Positions 43,626 to 52,424 are shown, counted from the stretch's first letter. The stretch: 52,587 nt of DNA from Candidatus Nanoarchaeia archaeon (GCA_048618745.1 JBMCCQ010000001.1:1-52587); one strand, 5' to 3'. Notes: generated from the sequence alone by a model not told the origin. Numbers and translations: made by a program.

Positions 43626-44467
43626 AGGCTTTCCAGATATTCAGATTTATATTTGAAACCTTTTTTCTTTGCAAGTTTTTGAATGCCTCTGTCGAACTTC
43701 GAGCCGTACTGCGCCCCAAGCTTTTTCCTGTACGCTGTATTCATATCAATACCTGCATGAACTGCAGCCTCCCTTAAAACAAGTTTTTTGTGTTCCTTGT
43801 TTATTTTCAGATGCCCCGGGATGTTTAGTGCATAGTCGACAATCTTTTTGTCAAGAAAAGGAAGGAGTATCTTGATTCCAAAATATTCTGCAATTTTATT
43901 ATCCCTGTCAAGGTCTCTTTCCTGAATACCTTCCATCCCTCTTCTACATTCTTCATTAATATCTTCTGCCTGTGCATGCCTTTGGTAGCCTGCAAAAATT
44001 TCTTCAGAGCCAAGACCGGAAAATACCCCTTCCACATTATCTTCAGCTGCTTTTTTCATGGCCAAAAACACAGGAAGTGCAACCCCTACTTTGACTATAT
44101 TAGTGCTGTCAATAATTTTAATTACTTTTTTTAAACATTCTTCCATCTCGTTAATCTCCAGGATGTTCTCCTGCAGTATAAACCCGTATTTTTTTGAAAC
44201 ACTTCTTGAAGAAACCAGGTCCCTGGCAGGGCTTAAACCATCGCCTTTCAGGGCTGCGGTATAACATGAAAATGACTTACTTTTATTTTGTAATGTATAT
44301 GCAATAAAAGTTGAATCCACCCCTCCCGAAAACAATACACCTATTTTTTTCCTGTTAGTTTTATAAAACTCATTTAAGGCTCTTTCCACTGCCTCTGAAA
44401 AAAGGCGCAGGACTTCTTTTGAATGTTCTTCAAGTTCTTTGTTTTCTGAATGTGTCATATTATTCAC
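43619..44467 (-). CDS. Asparagine-synthetase-family PP-loop ATP pyrophosphatase (synthetase domain only, no glutaminase domain)
   Basis: IGVLFSGGVDSTF (SGGxDS PP-loop), GLGSEEIFAGYQRH and LPFLDKKIVDYALNIP are typical of the AsnB C-terminal domain. The ORF start is a GTG at 44467; an alternative ATG lies at 44458. Confidence 0.75.
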   Translation of the reverse strand: MNNMTHSENKELEEHSKEVLRLFSEAVERALNEFYKTNRKKIGVLFSGGVDSTFIAYTLQNKSKSFSCYTAALKGDGLSPARDLVSSRSVSKKYGFILQENILEINEMEECLKKVIKIIDSTNIVKVGVALPVFLAMKKAAEDNVEGVFSGLGSEEIFAGYQRHAQAEDINEECRRGMEGIQERDLDRDNKIAEYFGIKILLPFLDKKIVDYALNIPGHLKINKEHKKLVLREAAVHAGIDMNTAYRKKLGAQYGSKFDRGIQKLAKKKGFKYKSEYLESLY

Positions 44468-45102
44468 TACTCCATTTCGTATATAAAATCAATTGATGAT
44501 TTGTCAATAAATTTGAAAAAGTATTTTCTTATAGTTGTTTTTTCAATGATTTCAATAAACCTTTTCATCCAGACACATGCGGCGAAAGCATGTATCTCTT
44601 CTGTTTCATAATTTTTCAGGTGTATTATTATTTTTGTATCTGAGATATTGACTTTTATATTTCCTGTCTCAAACTGCTTTTTCCACATCTTGTTCGCCTT
44701 CATTGCAACTGTTGCAAACGAGATAAACTTTATCAGGAGGCCGTATAATCCGCTTACCTGGGCTTCTGCAAGCTTTTCAATGATATTTTTTAAATTCTCC
44801 CTTCCATATTCTTTTTCAACAGCCCTTAAAAACCCAACATGGGCTTTGAGCGGATAATAATTCTGCGAGATAAGTGCGCCTTTCAGGATGGAGCTGGCCT
44901 CACTATCTTTGATACAGGAGAGAATCCTTTCATACTCTGTCTCTCCATAATGCTCAATGAATATCTTTTTTTCATTATAAAGCATATTTCCAAGGATGGT
45001 TTTGTTTTGAATATCAGCCATAAATTCAAAATTTATGGCCTGATTTTTAAACTTTTGGCTTTCGAAACAAAAATTATTTATAGCGTCTTTTGGATTAAAC
45101 AT
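44467..45102 (-). CDS. Hypothetical protein, translationally coupled to the AsnB-like gene
   Basis: 211-aa ORF with no family recognised. Its stop overlaps the downstream start. An alternative leaderless start at 45021 (M28) has a TATA-like TTTAAAAAT about 26 nt upstream. Confidence 0.5.
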   Translation of the reverse strand: MFNPKDAINNFCFESQKFKNQAINFEFMADIQNKTILGNMLYNEKKIFIEHYGETEYERILSCIKDSEASSILKGALISQNYYPLKAHVGFLRAVEKEYGRENLKNIIEKLAEAQVSGLYGLLIKFISFATVAMKANKMWKKQFETGNIKVNISDTKIIIHLKNYETEEIHAFAACVWMKRFIEIIEKTTIRKYFFKFIDKSSIDFIYEME

Positions 45103-45103
45103 A

Positions 45104-45367
45104 ATGACAACAATGGAAGAAAAAAAAGCAGGAACTGTGGAAAAATATTTTCGGAACCTTAAAGTTGCAGTTATAAGATTATCGGATGAAATACAACCAG
45201 GAGACTGGCTTCATTTCAGGGGAAAAAGTGATTTTGAGCAAATCCTTGGCTCAATGGAGGTAAACTCAAAGCAGGTGCAGGTAGCAGGTGAAGGAAGTCA
45301 GGTAGGAGTGGTAGTAGATAAACCTTGTTACAAGGGGGACGAGGTTTTCAGGGTGAATGAAGACTAA
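45104..45367 (+). CDS. Small EF-Tu-domain-2-like beta-barrel protein (translation elongation factor-like family)
   Basis: GTVEKYFRNLKVAVIRLSDEIQPGDWLHFRG...DFEQILGSMEVNSKQVQVAGEGSQVGVVVDKPCYKGDEVF matches the widespread 80-90-aa family of this type. A TATA-like ATTATTTATAG lies about 27 nt upstream. Confidence 0.6.
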   Translation: MTTMEEKKAGTVEKYFRNLKVAVIRLSDEIQPGDWLHFRGKSDFEQILGSMEVNSKQVQVAGEGSQVGVVVDKPCYKGDEVFRVNED

Positions 45368-45527
45368 GTGGCAGGGCCCCTCTCAGATGCCAAAATTTAG
45401 AGTTTAGAAGCCTTATACTGAGCAAATTTTATCGAAAGCTATATAAATACCTGTTTCTTTATTAAATGAAGATTATAATGGCTTTGATTAAGTTAAAAAG
45501 CCCAACAAGCTCTTAGTAATCCATAAA

Positions 45528-48071
45528 ATGACAGAAAAAGACTTTGAAGAAGACCAGAACACTCAAAATGCTTCTCAGGAGAAAATGGAAGCTAATAAGG
45601 CTGTAGAAGAAGCTACAATAGCCCCTGAAGCCTTTAGAAAAGTAATAAGGCCTGTTGAAGAGGAGATGAAAAGCTACTACCTGGACTATGCTATGTCTGT
45701 GATTATTGGCAGGGCCTTGCCTGATGTTAGAGACGGCCTCAAGCCTGTGCATCGTCGTATTATTTACTCTATGAACCTGCAGGGGATGCAGCATAATAAG
45801 GCGTATAAAAAATGTGCAAGAATTGTAGGTGATGTGTTAGGTAGGTATCACCCTCATGGTGATTCTTCTGTTTATGATGCTCTTGTAAGAATGGCGCAGA
45901 ACTTTTCTTTAAGATATCCTTTAATTGACGGGCATGGTAACTTCGGAAGTGTTGACGGCGACAGTGCAGCTGCCATGAGATATACTGAAGCACGGATGGC
46001 AAAAATTTCTGAAGAGCTTGTCTCGGACATAGATAAGGAAACAGTTGACTTTATGGACAACTTTGACGGGACGTTACAGGAGCCTACTGTGCTTCCCTCA
46101 AAGCTTCCAACCCTTCTTGTTAATGGGACAAGCGGCATTGCTGTTGGAATGGCAACAAGCATCCCGCCTCATAATATTACAGAAATATGCAAGGCTACAA
46201 TTTCACTTATTGATAATCCTGAGCTTGAAACAAAAGCACTGATGGAAACAGTTAAGGGCCCTGATTTCCCGACAGGGGGTATTATTACCGGTACAAGCGG
46301 AATTCAGAGAGCGTATGCAACAGGCCATGGGAAAGTTCTTGTTAAATCAAAAATTCATGAGGAAACCGTAAGAAACAGGAACTGTTTGATTGTAACCGAG
46401 ATACCCTACATGGTTAATAAGGCCATGCTTGTTGAAGAAATCGCCAATCAGGTAAATAATAAGAATATAATGGGGATTGCGGATATAAGAGATGAATCTG
46501 ACAGGACAGGAATGAGGGTAGTGATTGTCCTGAAACGCGAGGCAAACAAGGATGTTGTTCTCAACCAGCTATACAAATTTACAAGGCTTAAGACAACAAT
46601 TGGGATGAACCTTCTGGCCCTTGTTGATAATGCGCCCAAGGTTATGAACCTAAGGGAAATTATTGGGCATTTTATTTCTCACAGAAGAAGCGTTGTTGTA
46701 AGAAGGACAAAATATGATTTAAGAAAGGCAAGAGAAAAAGAGCATATTCTGCAAGGCCTTGTAATTGCACTTGACTATCTTGATTCAGTAATAAAGCTGA
46801 TAAGAGGCTCAAAGTCTGCTTCAGAAGCTTCACAAGGCCTGATGGAAAATTATGGTCTAAGCGAGCGCCAGGCAAAAGCTATACTTGAAATGAGGCTGCA
46901 AAGACTTACCAATATGGAGCAAAACAAGGTTAGGGATGATTTAAAGGAAACCCAGAAACTGATAGGTGAGCTGGAATCAATACTTGCCTCAAATGAAAAG
47001 ATAAACCAACTCATTAAAGATGAGCTTAATGAAATTATCAATAATTACGGGGATAAGAGAAAAACAGAGATCACTTTTGAAGATGAAGATGATGACATAG
47101 AAATTGAGGACCTAATAGAAAAGGAAGATGTTGTTGTAACGATAAGTCACTCAGGCTATATTAAAAGAACCCCGCTTAAGACTTACAGGGCTCAAAAAAG
47201 AGGGGGAAAGGGTATTATCGGGGCCACTACCTCCAAAGAAAATGATGTAGTAGAGCATCTCTTTATTGCAAACACCCATGATTATATATTGTTTTTTACT
47301 GACGACGGCCAGGTCCATTGGCTTAAAGTATGGAAAATACCTGAATCCGGAAGGTATAGTGCTGGAAAGGCCATTGTTAACCTTCTCCAGCTTTCAAAGG
47401 GAAGAACAATTGCTGCTTTTGTAAAAATAGATAAGTTTGACGAAAAGCAATATCTGTTAATGGCTACAAAAAACGGGCTTGTGAAAAAAACAAGCCTGAA
47501 GGCATATTCCAGGCCAAGGGCAGGCGGAATAAAGGGAATTCTTATTGAGCCAGGGGATGAGCTAATAAATGTCATAAAAACAGACGGCACAAAGCACATA
47601 CTTCTCGCTTCCCGCGACGGGATGGCAGTTAAATTTGATGAAAATAATGTAAGGTCAATGGGAAGGGTTTCAAGAGGTGTTAAGGGTATTAACTTAAGGA
47701 AAGGCGATGAAGTTGTTGGCATGGTAAGCGCTGAAGAAGATAAAACTCTATTAACTATCACGGAAAACGGTTATGGCAAGAGAACAAATATTGATGATTA
47801 CAGGCTGGTTAGCAGGGGAAGTATAGGAGTAAAAAATATTGTATGTTCACAAAGAAACGGCAAAGTTGTAGCAGTAAAATCTGTCTCTCCCGACGATGAA
47901 ATTATGTTTATCTCTTCAAAAGGTATAATGATCAGAACAACTGTTGAAGGGATTTCAGTAATAGGAAGAAACACCCAGGGTATGCGGCTTATGAAATTAG
48001 CTTCTGATGACAATGTTGTTGCAGCCGCAAGAATAGCTTCAAATAATGATACTGAGAAAGAAAATTCATAA
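45528..48071 (+). CDS. gyrA: DNA gyrase subunit A
   Basis: [33 protein letters not shown] and [10 protein letters not shown] (catalytic Tyr), plus C-terminal beta-pinwheel repeats. 847 aa. Confidence 0.95.
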   Translation: MTEKDFEEDQNTQNASQEKMEANKAVEEATIAPEAFRKVIRPVEEEMKSYYLDYAMSVIIGRALPDVRDGLKPVHRRIIYSMNLQGMQHNKAYKKCARIVGDVLGRYHPHGDSSVYDALVRMAQNFSLRYPLIDGHGNFGSVDGDSAAAMRYTEARMAKISEELVSDIDKETVDFMDNFDGTLQEPTVLPSKLPTLLVNGTSGIAVGMATSIPPHNITEICKATISLIDNPELETKALMETVKGPDFPTGGIITGTSGIQRAYATGHGKVLVKSKIHEETVRNRNCLIVTEIPYMVNKAMLVEEIANQVNNKNIMGIADIRDESDRTGMRVVIVLKREANKDVVLNQLYKFTRLKTTIGMNLLALVDNAPKVMNLREIIGHFISHRRSVVVRRTKYDLRKAREKEHILQGLVIALDYLDSVIKLIRGSKSASEASQGLMENYGLSERQAKAILEMRLQRLTNMEQNKVRDDLKETQKLIGELESILASNEKINQLIKDELNEIINNYGDKRKTEITFEDEDDDIEIEDLIEKEDVVVTISHSGYIKRTPLKTYRAQKRGGKGIIGATTSKENDVVEHLFIANTHDYILFFTDDGQVHWLKVWKIPESGRYSAGKAIVNLLQLSKGRTIAAFVKIDKFDEKQYLLMATKNGLVKKTSLKAYSRPRAGGIKGILIEPGDELINVIKTDGTKHILLASRDGMAVKFDENNVRSMGRVSRGVKGINLRKGDEVVGMVSAEEDKTLLTITENGYGKRTNIDDYRLVSRGSIGVKNIVCSQRNGKVVAVKSVSPDDEIMFISSKGIMIRTTVEGISVIGRNTQGMRLMKLASDDNVVAAARIASNNDTEKENS

Positions 48072-48073
48072 AA

Positions 48074-48085
48074 ATATTTATATAT
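48074..48085 (+). promoter_or_regulatory. TATA-box-like element about 27 nt upstream of the ATG at 48107 (leaderless pattern)
   Basis: ATATTTATATAT lies between the gyrA stop and the PfkB start. Confidence 0.4.
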
Positions 48086-48106
48086 GTTTTTTTTAGAAAA
48101 AATAGT

Positions 48107-49033
48107 ATGGGTACTGTTCTTTGTCCGGGTGAGCTTTTGGTTGATTTTGTAAGCGCCGAGAATAAAAAAATATCTGAAGCAGAGTGCTTTTATAAAAAGG
48201 CAGGGGGTGCACCGGCAAATGCTGCAGTTGCAATCCACAGGTTTGGCGCAGATGCCATATTTACTGGCTGCGTGGGTAAAGATTCTTTTGGAAATTTTCT
48301 TATTAATACACTGCAAAAAACAGGTTTAAGCACGGAATACATCAAAAGGAGTAACATTAATACTACGCTTGCTTTTGTCTCAGATGGCTTTGAGTTTATC
48401 AGGGGGGCAGATAAAAAGCTTCAAAAAGATGATATTCCTGATGAGCTTATAAAAAAATCAGTGATTATACATCTTTCAAGCGCCACAGCATTTTTGGGAG
48501 GAGAGCTTGAAAAGACCTATAATTATCTTCTTACCTTTAATGATAAAATAATCAGCTTTGACCCCAATTACAGGCCAGCATTATTTCCTGAAGTCTCTGA
48601 ATTTATTGAAAAATCAAAGGAGTTCATCAGGCATTCACATATAGTTAAAGCAAGTGAAAAGGAGGCAAAACTGATTTCAGGCAAAACTTCTCTTGATGAG
48701 GCAATTAACTATTTACTTGGGCTTGGGGCAGAAAATGTGTTCATAACAAGGGGAGAGAAGGGCACCGTTTATGCAAATAAAAACAGATGTGAAAGAATAC
48801 CTTCAATTAAGGTCGAGTGTGTCGACTCTACAGGCGCGGGTGATGCATTTATTGGCACTCTCCTTGCACAGCTCTCAGACTATACCAGAAAAGAGTTAAA
48901 TTTTGAATTGATAAAAAAGTATGTCTATGTTTCTAATGTTGCTGCTGCGCTTACTGTTACAAAAAAGGGAGCAATTGATGCTATTCCTGATAAACAAACT
49001 ACTCTTAATCACATCTCTCAATTACAACTTTGA
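48107..49033 (+). CDS. PfkB-family carbohydrate kinase (substrate unassigned)
   Basis: An N-terminal GG-containing motif (KKAGGAPANAA) and the C-terminal DSTGAGDAFIG ATP/anion-hole motif. Confidence 0.85.
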   Translation: MGTVLCPGELLVDFVSAENKKISEAECFYKKAGGAPANAAVAIHRFGADAIFTGCVGKDSFGNFLINTLQKTGLSTEYIKRSNINTTLAFVSDGFEFIRGADKKLQKDDIPDELIKKSVIIHLSSATAFLGGELEKTYNYLLTFNDKIISFDPNYRPALFPEVSEFIEKSKEFIRHSHIVKASEKEAKLISGKTSLDEAINYLLGLGAENVFITRGEKGTVYANKNRCERIPSIKVECVDSTGAGDAFIGTLLAQLSDYTRKELNFELIKKYVYVSNVAAALTVTKKGAIDAIPDKQTTLNHISQLQL

Positions 49034-49079
49034 TATAAAAAAAAGTTAATCTTAAATTTTCAGATTGATTTCGCGCATT

Positions 49080-50033
49080 ATGAGTTCGGCTTGCATTTCA
49101 AAGAGAGATTTTCTGAGAGTCCTTGCCTTAGCGCAGCCGGATTTATACGGTGTAGTCAAAAAGATTGCAGATGAAAAGATACGACATGAGTTGCAAAATT
49201 GGAATAATGTTCCATCAATACCCAACGATGTAAAACTGGATGAAATCGTTTCAGACAACTATCATCTCACAGGCGGTTACAACTATAAAGGTCCAAGGCT
49301 TCACTTATTTTTGGATTTTAACATTAACTCCTCTGAGCCTTTCAAAGCCCTTAAGGACGTTGAAACTATTATTTATGAGCCATGCCAGAAAAATAATATC
49401 AAAAAAATTCCCAGAAAATTTGGTAAAATAATTCCGGCTGAGCTTTATTGCGGAATGCAGGCTCTTGAAAAAAGGTGCAGTAAAGAACCTGGTTCTCCTA
49501 TTAAGGATTTTTACAATTACTACACTCAACTAGCCAGGCAATTTAATTCAGATATCTCCTGGCTCCGCAAGGTTTCTGATAAACATAAAAAGTCTTCTCC
49601 TCAAAAAATATCTGAAATGCTTTCAAAATATACTGACAGGAGAGCCATTATCTCTGCAGAAATTGCTAATTACAGAAAACTAACTGCCTATACTCCTGAC
49701 AGGGTGCTTGCAGCCCTGACTTTTGGGTTTAATATAATGGACCCTGTCAATAAGAATATTGTTATATCGGATGACTCGGGGCTAAGACATTACTTTGCTT
49801 TGGTCCATGCAACTGTTTTGCCTCAAGTTATAGCCCGCTATGCATATGAGAATAACGGGAAAAAAAGTTTTTTTGGGAGGAAAAGGAAATTTCTTGAGGA
49901 GGCTAAGAGATATTTAGGAGGTATTCATGCGGGCTCTGAGCTTTTTACAGCAGGGGTATTGTTTGTACCTTCTGAAAAGAAATTTTATACTTACTCCTTA
50001 CCCGCGGATGTTTTGAAATATTTTGGCAAGTAG
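49080..50033 (+). CDS. Hypothetical protein (317 aa)
   Basis: Long clean ORF with no family recognised. The ORF-track start at 49065 is a TTG; the first ATG is at 49080. Confidence 0.5.
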   Translation: MSSACISKRDFLRVLALAQPDLYGVVKKIADEKIRHELQNWNNVPSIPNDVKLDEIVSDNYHLTGGYNYKGPRLHLFLDFNINSSEPFKALKDVETIIYEPCQKNNIKKIPRKFGKIIPAELYCGMQALEKRCSKEPGSPIKDFYNYYTQLARQFNSDISWLRKVSDKHKKSSPQKISEMLSKYTDRRAIISAEIANYRKLTAYTPDRVLAALTFGFNIMDPVNKNIVISDDSGLRHYFALVHATVLPQVIARYAYENNGKKSFFGRKRKFLEEAKRYLGGIHAGSELFTAGVLFVPSEKKFYTYSLPADVLKYFGK

Positions 50034-50073
50034 TTTGTCAAACATGTGTTCTTATTGCAGGGATAATTGGAAA

Positions 50074-50085
50074 ATTATATAAATA
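50074..50085 (+). promoter_or_regulatory. TATA-box-like element about 26 nt upstream of the ATG at 50105 (leaderless pattern)
   Basis: ATTATATAAATA. Confidence 0.4.
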
Positions 50086-50104
50086 ATTCATAGTGCCTAA
50101 TCCT

Positions 50105-51091
50105 ATGTTCGTCCGGGCAAAAAAAGTAAAGGGGCATAAGTATGCCTACCTTGTAAAAAATGAGTGGACTAAAAAGGGTCCAAGGCAGAAAGTCTGCAAA
50201 TATCTTGGAAGGGTAGTTGAGCTATCAAGGAAAAATAAGCTCGAGTTCGAAGAATTCAGCTCAATAGAGCTGTGTGCATATGAGCTAGTAAAAAATATAG
50301 TGGCATTTGAGCTGTTTCTTCATGGATTTGAAAAAAAGAGTAAAAATAAATGGGTGCTTGATGAAATAGAAGTTGACCTTGGAAAAGGAAAAGTGAGAGA
50401 AAATAAAAGGGCAGTTGTTCTCTGCATAAATAATGATTATCTTTGTGATTTCACACTAAAAAGGCTGCTGAATTTCAAAACTTCAAGTGAAAAGGAAGAG
50501 GCCGCCAGAGAGCTTGCAACCGCTTTTATACAGGCAGGAATTCCTGTAAGGGAAGACTTATACATTAATGTATTTGAAAAGAGCTACTCACCCGGGCAGA
50601 CTTACCTGCGAAAACCTCTTCCCAAGCCGAGAATTTTAGTTTCAGGCACACCTGCAACGGGTAAAACTACGCTTTCAAAGGCCTTAGCAGGGGAAATGAA
50701 ACTAAAATTAATAGATGTTAATAATTTGATTTCGCAAGAAAACCTGTCAGAAGGCTACGATGAGCAAAGACAATGCCAGATTATTGATGAGGATAAACTG
50801 GTAAAGGTACTTATTAGTAGAATAAGTGAGGGAGGAGTAATTGACAGCCATATGTCTCATTATGTTCCTCCAAAGTATGCTGATTTTTGCATTATTACCC
50901 ATTGTGACCTGAAAACACTCAAAAAAAGGCTCAAAGAAAGAGGTTACAGCCAGGATAAAGTGGAGGAAAATATGGAAGCAGAAATATTTGACATATGCGG
51001 CCAGGAGGCTTACGAGATGGGCCACAGGATAGTAGAGGTAAATACTGACAAGGAAATTGATATTAAGAAACTATGCAAACAATTGGTATGA
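50105..51091 (+). CDS. Fap7/AK6-type adenylate kinase-like NTPase fused to an unknown N-terminal domain of about 175 aa
   Basis: The C-terminal half (RILVSGTPATGKTTLSKALA...VIDSHMSHY...LKKRLKERGYSQDKVEENMEAEIFDIC) matches archaeal Fap7/AK6. The N-terminal half (FVRAKKVKGHKYAYLVKNEWTKKGPRQKVCKYLGR...) is unassigned. Confidence 0.75.
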   Translation: MFVRAKKVKGHKYAYLVKNEWTKKGPRQKVCKYLGRVVELSRKNKLEFEEFSSIELCAYELVKNIVAFELFLHGFEKKSKNKWVLDEIEVDLGKGKVRENKRAVVLCINNDYLCDFTLKRLLNFKTSSEKEEAARELATAFIQAGIPVREDLYINVFEKSYSPGQTYLRKPLPKPRILVSGTPATGKTTLSKALAGEMKLKLIDVNNLISQENLSEGYDEQRQCQIIDEDKLVKVLISRISEGGVIDSHMSHYVPPKYADFCIITHCDLKTLKKRLKERGYSQDKVEENMEAEIFDICGQEAYEMGHRIVEVNTDKEIDIKKLCKQLV

Positions 51092-51114
51092 GTTCTCACT
51101 TTTCCCAAAACCTT

Positions 51115-51124
51115 TTTATATATA
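51115..51124 (+). promoter_or_regulatory. TATA-box-like element about 26 nt upstream of the ATG at 51145
   Basis: TTTATATATA. It supports 51145 as the true start of the downstream wHTH gene. Confidence 0.4.
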
Positions 51125-51144
51125 TGTTGGCTCGCAATATAATT

Positions 51145-51852
51145 ATGGGGGTTTTAAGCAGGTTTTTTAACAGGGAAAAGCACTTGCATAAAAAAATTGA
51201 TAATTTTGCCCATTCGCTGGTGCGTCATTTCAGGAATTTGAGGGATGATTTTGACCACCAGAAAAAGTGGATGGATTACCTGCATAATTTTTCTTTACGC
51301 CTGCAAAATGACCACCACAACCATCGCTCTGTCACTGAGGCCGAGCTTAATAAGGTTAAGTCATGGATAAATCATCTTCACAGTTATCAGTCAAGGCAGG
51401 AAAATGACATAAAAAACCTGGAAAAAAATATTTCTGAACTGGTTTCAATTGTGGGCAAGGCTTTTGATGATGTGCATGACAGAATGGAAAAAATTGAGAG
51501 TGCTCATAAGCAAAAGGGGGAAGAACTCACACAAAATGTGCAGAAGATGCTTACCGAGCATAAGACTGAACAGCCCAAAGAGGAACCCGTTCAGGAGACA
51601 ACGCCTCAGAAATATACTTTAACCAACCCTGAGAATAAGCTCCTTAACCTGCTTTTAACTGAGCCTGATCCTATTGGCTATACAAAGATTGCAGAAAAAA
51701 CCGGCAACAGCATTAATACAGTGAGGGTGGTTATGAATTCTTTAAAGAAAAAGGATGTTGTTGAAGAAAATATCCTGCCCAGTGGGGAGAAGTTATTTAA
51801 TGCTAAAAACAAAGAAAAGATTAAGAAAATTTACAATGTTAGCCATATCTGA
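51145..51852 (+). CDS. Coiled-coil protein with a C-terminal winged helix-turn-helix domain (putative DNA-binding regulator)
   Basis: The C-terminus LLNLLLTEPDPIGYTKIAEKTGNSINTVRVVMNSLKKKDVVEE is MarR/ArsR-like wHTH. The N-terminal two-thirds is a His/Gln-rich helical region. The start was chosen from TATA spacing; the ORF track starts at 51073. Confidence 0.6.
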   Translation: MGVLSRFFNREKHLHKKIDNFAHSLVRHFRNLRDDFDHQKKWMDYLHNFSLRLQNDHHNHRSVTEAELNKVKSWINHLHSYQSRQENDIKNLEKNISELVSIVGKAFDDVHDRMEKIESAHKQKGEELTQNVQKMLTEHKTEQPKEEPVQETTPQKYTLTNPENKLLNLLLTEPDPIGYTKIAEKTGNSINTVRVVMNSLKKKDVVEENILPSGEKLFNAKNKEKIKKIYNVSHI

Positions 51853-51930
51853 TTGTCGGCATTTTATCTTAATGGCATTATAATGGGTTCTCAGGCCTTC
51901 AGTTGTCCAATTCTTGGATTATCCCTGTGC

Positions 51931-51994
51931 CGCATTATCAACATTTGCAATGTTTGCAATGTTTATAATGCAATGCAGACAATGCATTATAATG
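51931..51994. repeat. Array of about seven tandem 9-10-bp units related to the palindrome CATTATAATG
   Basis: GCATTATCAA CATTTGCAATG TTTGCAATG TTTATAATG CAATG CAGACAATG CATTATAATG. An isolated perfect copy lies at 51876-51885. Confidence 0.8.
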
Positions 51995-52138
51995 GGTTTT
52001 TGGTCAGATATGCCTTTGTTTTGCTCACTTTTGTCTGTTGTCACTGGATTTTTGGGTCTGTTTTATGGGTTGTTTGGGGTGTGTTGCTCTTCTTTTGGGT
52101 ATTATATGCTCTAATATATATCTTTGTTTACATGGGGG

Positions 52139-52198
52139 CATTATAATGCATTATAATGGCCATTACAATGCATTGCAATGCATTATAATGCGCATTGT
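52139..52198. repeat. Array of six tandem 10-bp units of the palindrome CATTATAATG
   Basis: CATTATAATG CATTATAATG gc CATTACAATG CATTGCAATG CATTATAATG cg CATTGTAAAG. The phasing is one helical turn. A further 1.5 units lie at 52358-52375. Confidence 0.85.
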
Positions 52199-52424
52199 AA
52201 AGGGGTACGGGTTAAACTAGTCCTGCATCTTTAGATCATGGGGCTGTATTTAAAAATAAACAGGCAAAAGTGAGTAGTTTATAGGGATGGAGAGAGGATT
52301 TAGGAGGATCTGGGATACAATCTGGTCAAATTATTCTTTTTTCTTACAATTTTATTGCATTATAATGCATTATTCTACCATTTTTTGTCACAAAATCCTC
52401 TTCAACTATCTTCTCACTCATAAA

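Noticed and set aside
47282-48316. 159-aa and 172-aa minus-strand ORFs
   Set aside because: Antisense to the gyrA C-terminal domain and the start of the PfkB kinase gene. Both plus-strand genes have unambiguous family motifs.
50105-50230. Transposase N-terminus-like motif (KGHKYAYLV...RQKVCKYLGR) as evidence of an IS element
   Set aside because: There is no DDE/transposase core and no inverted repeats, and the ORF continues in frame into a Fap7-type kinase. It is interpreted as a fused domain of unknown function.
52139-52198. Possible CRISPR array
   Set aside because: The units are only 10 bp and directly abut each other with no spacers. There are no cas genes in the window.
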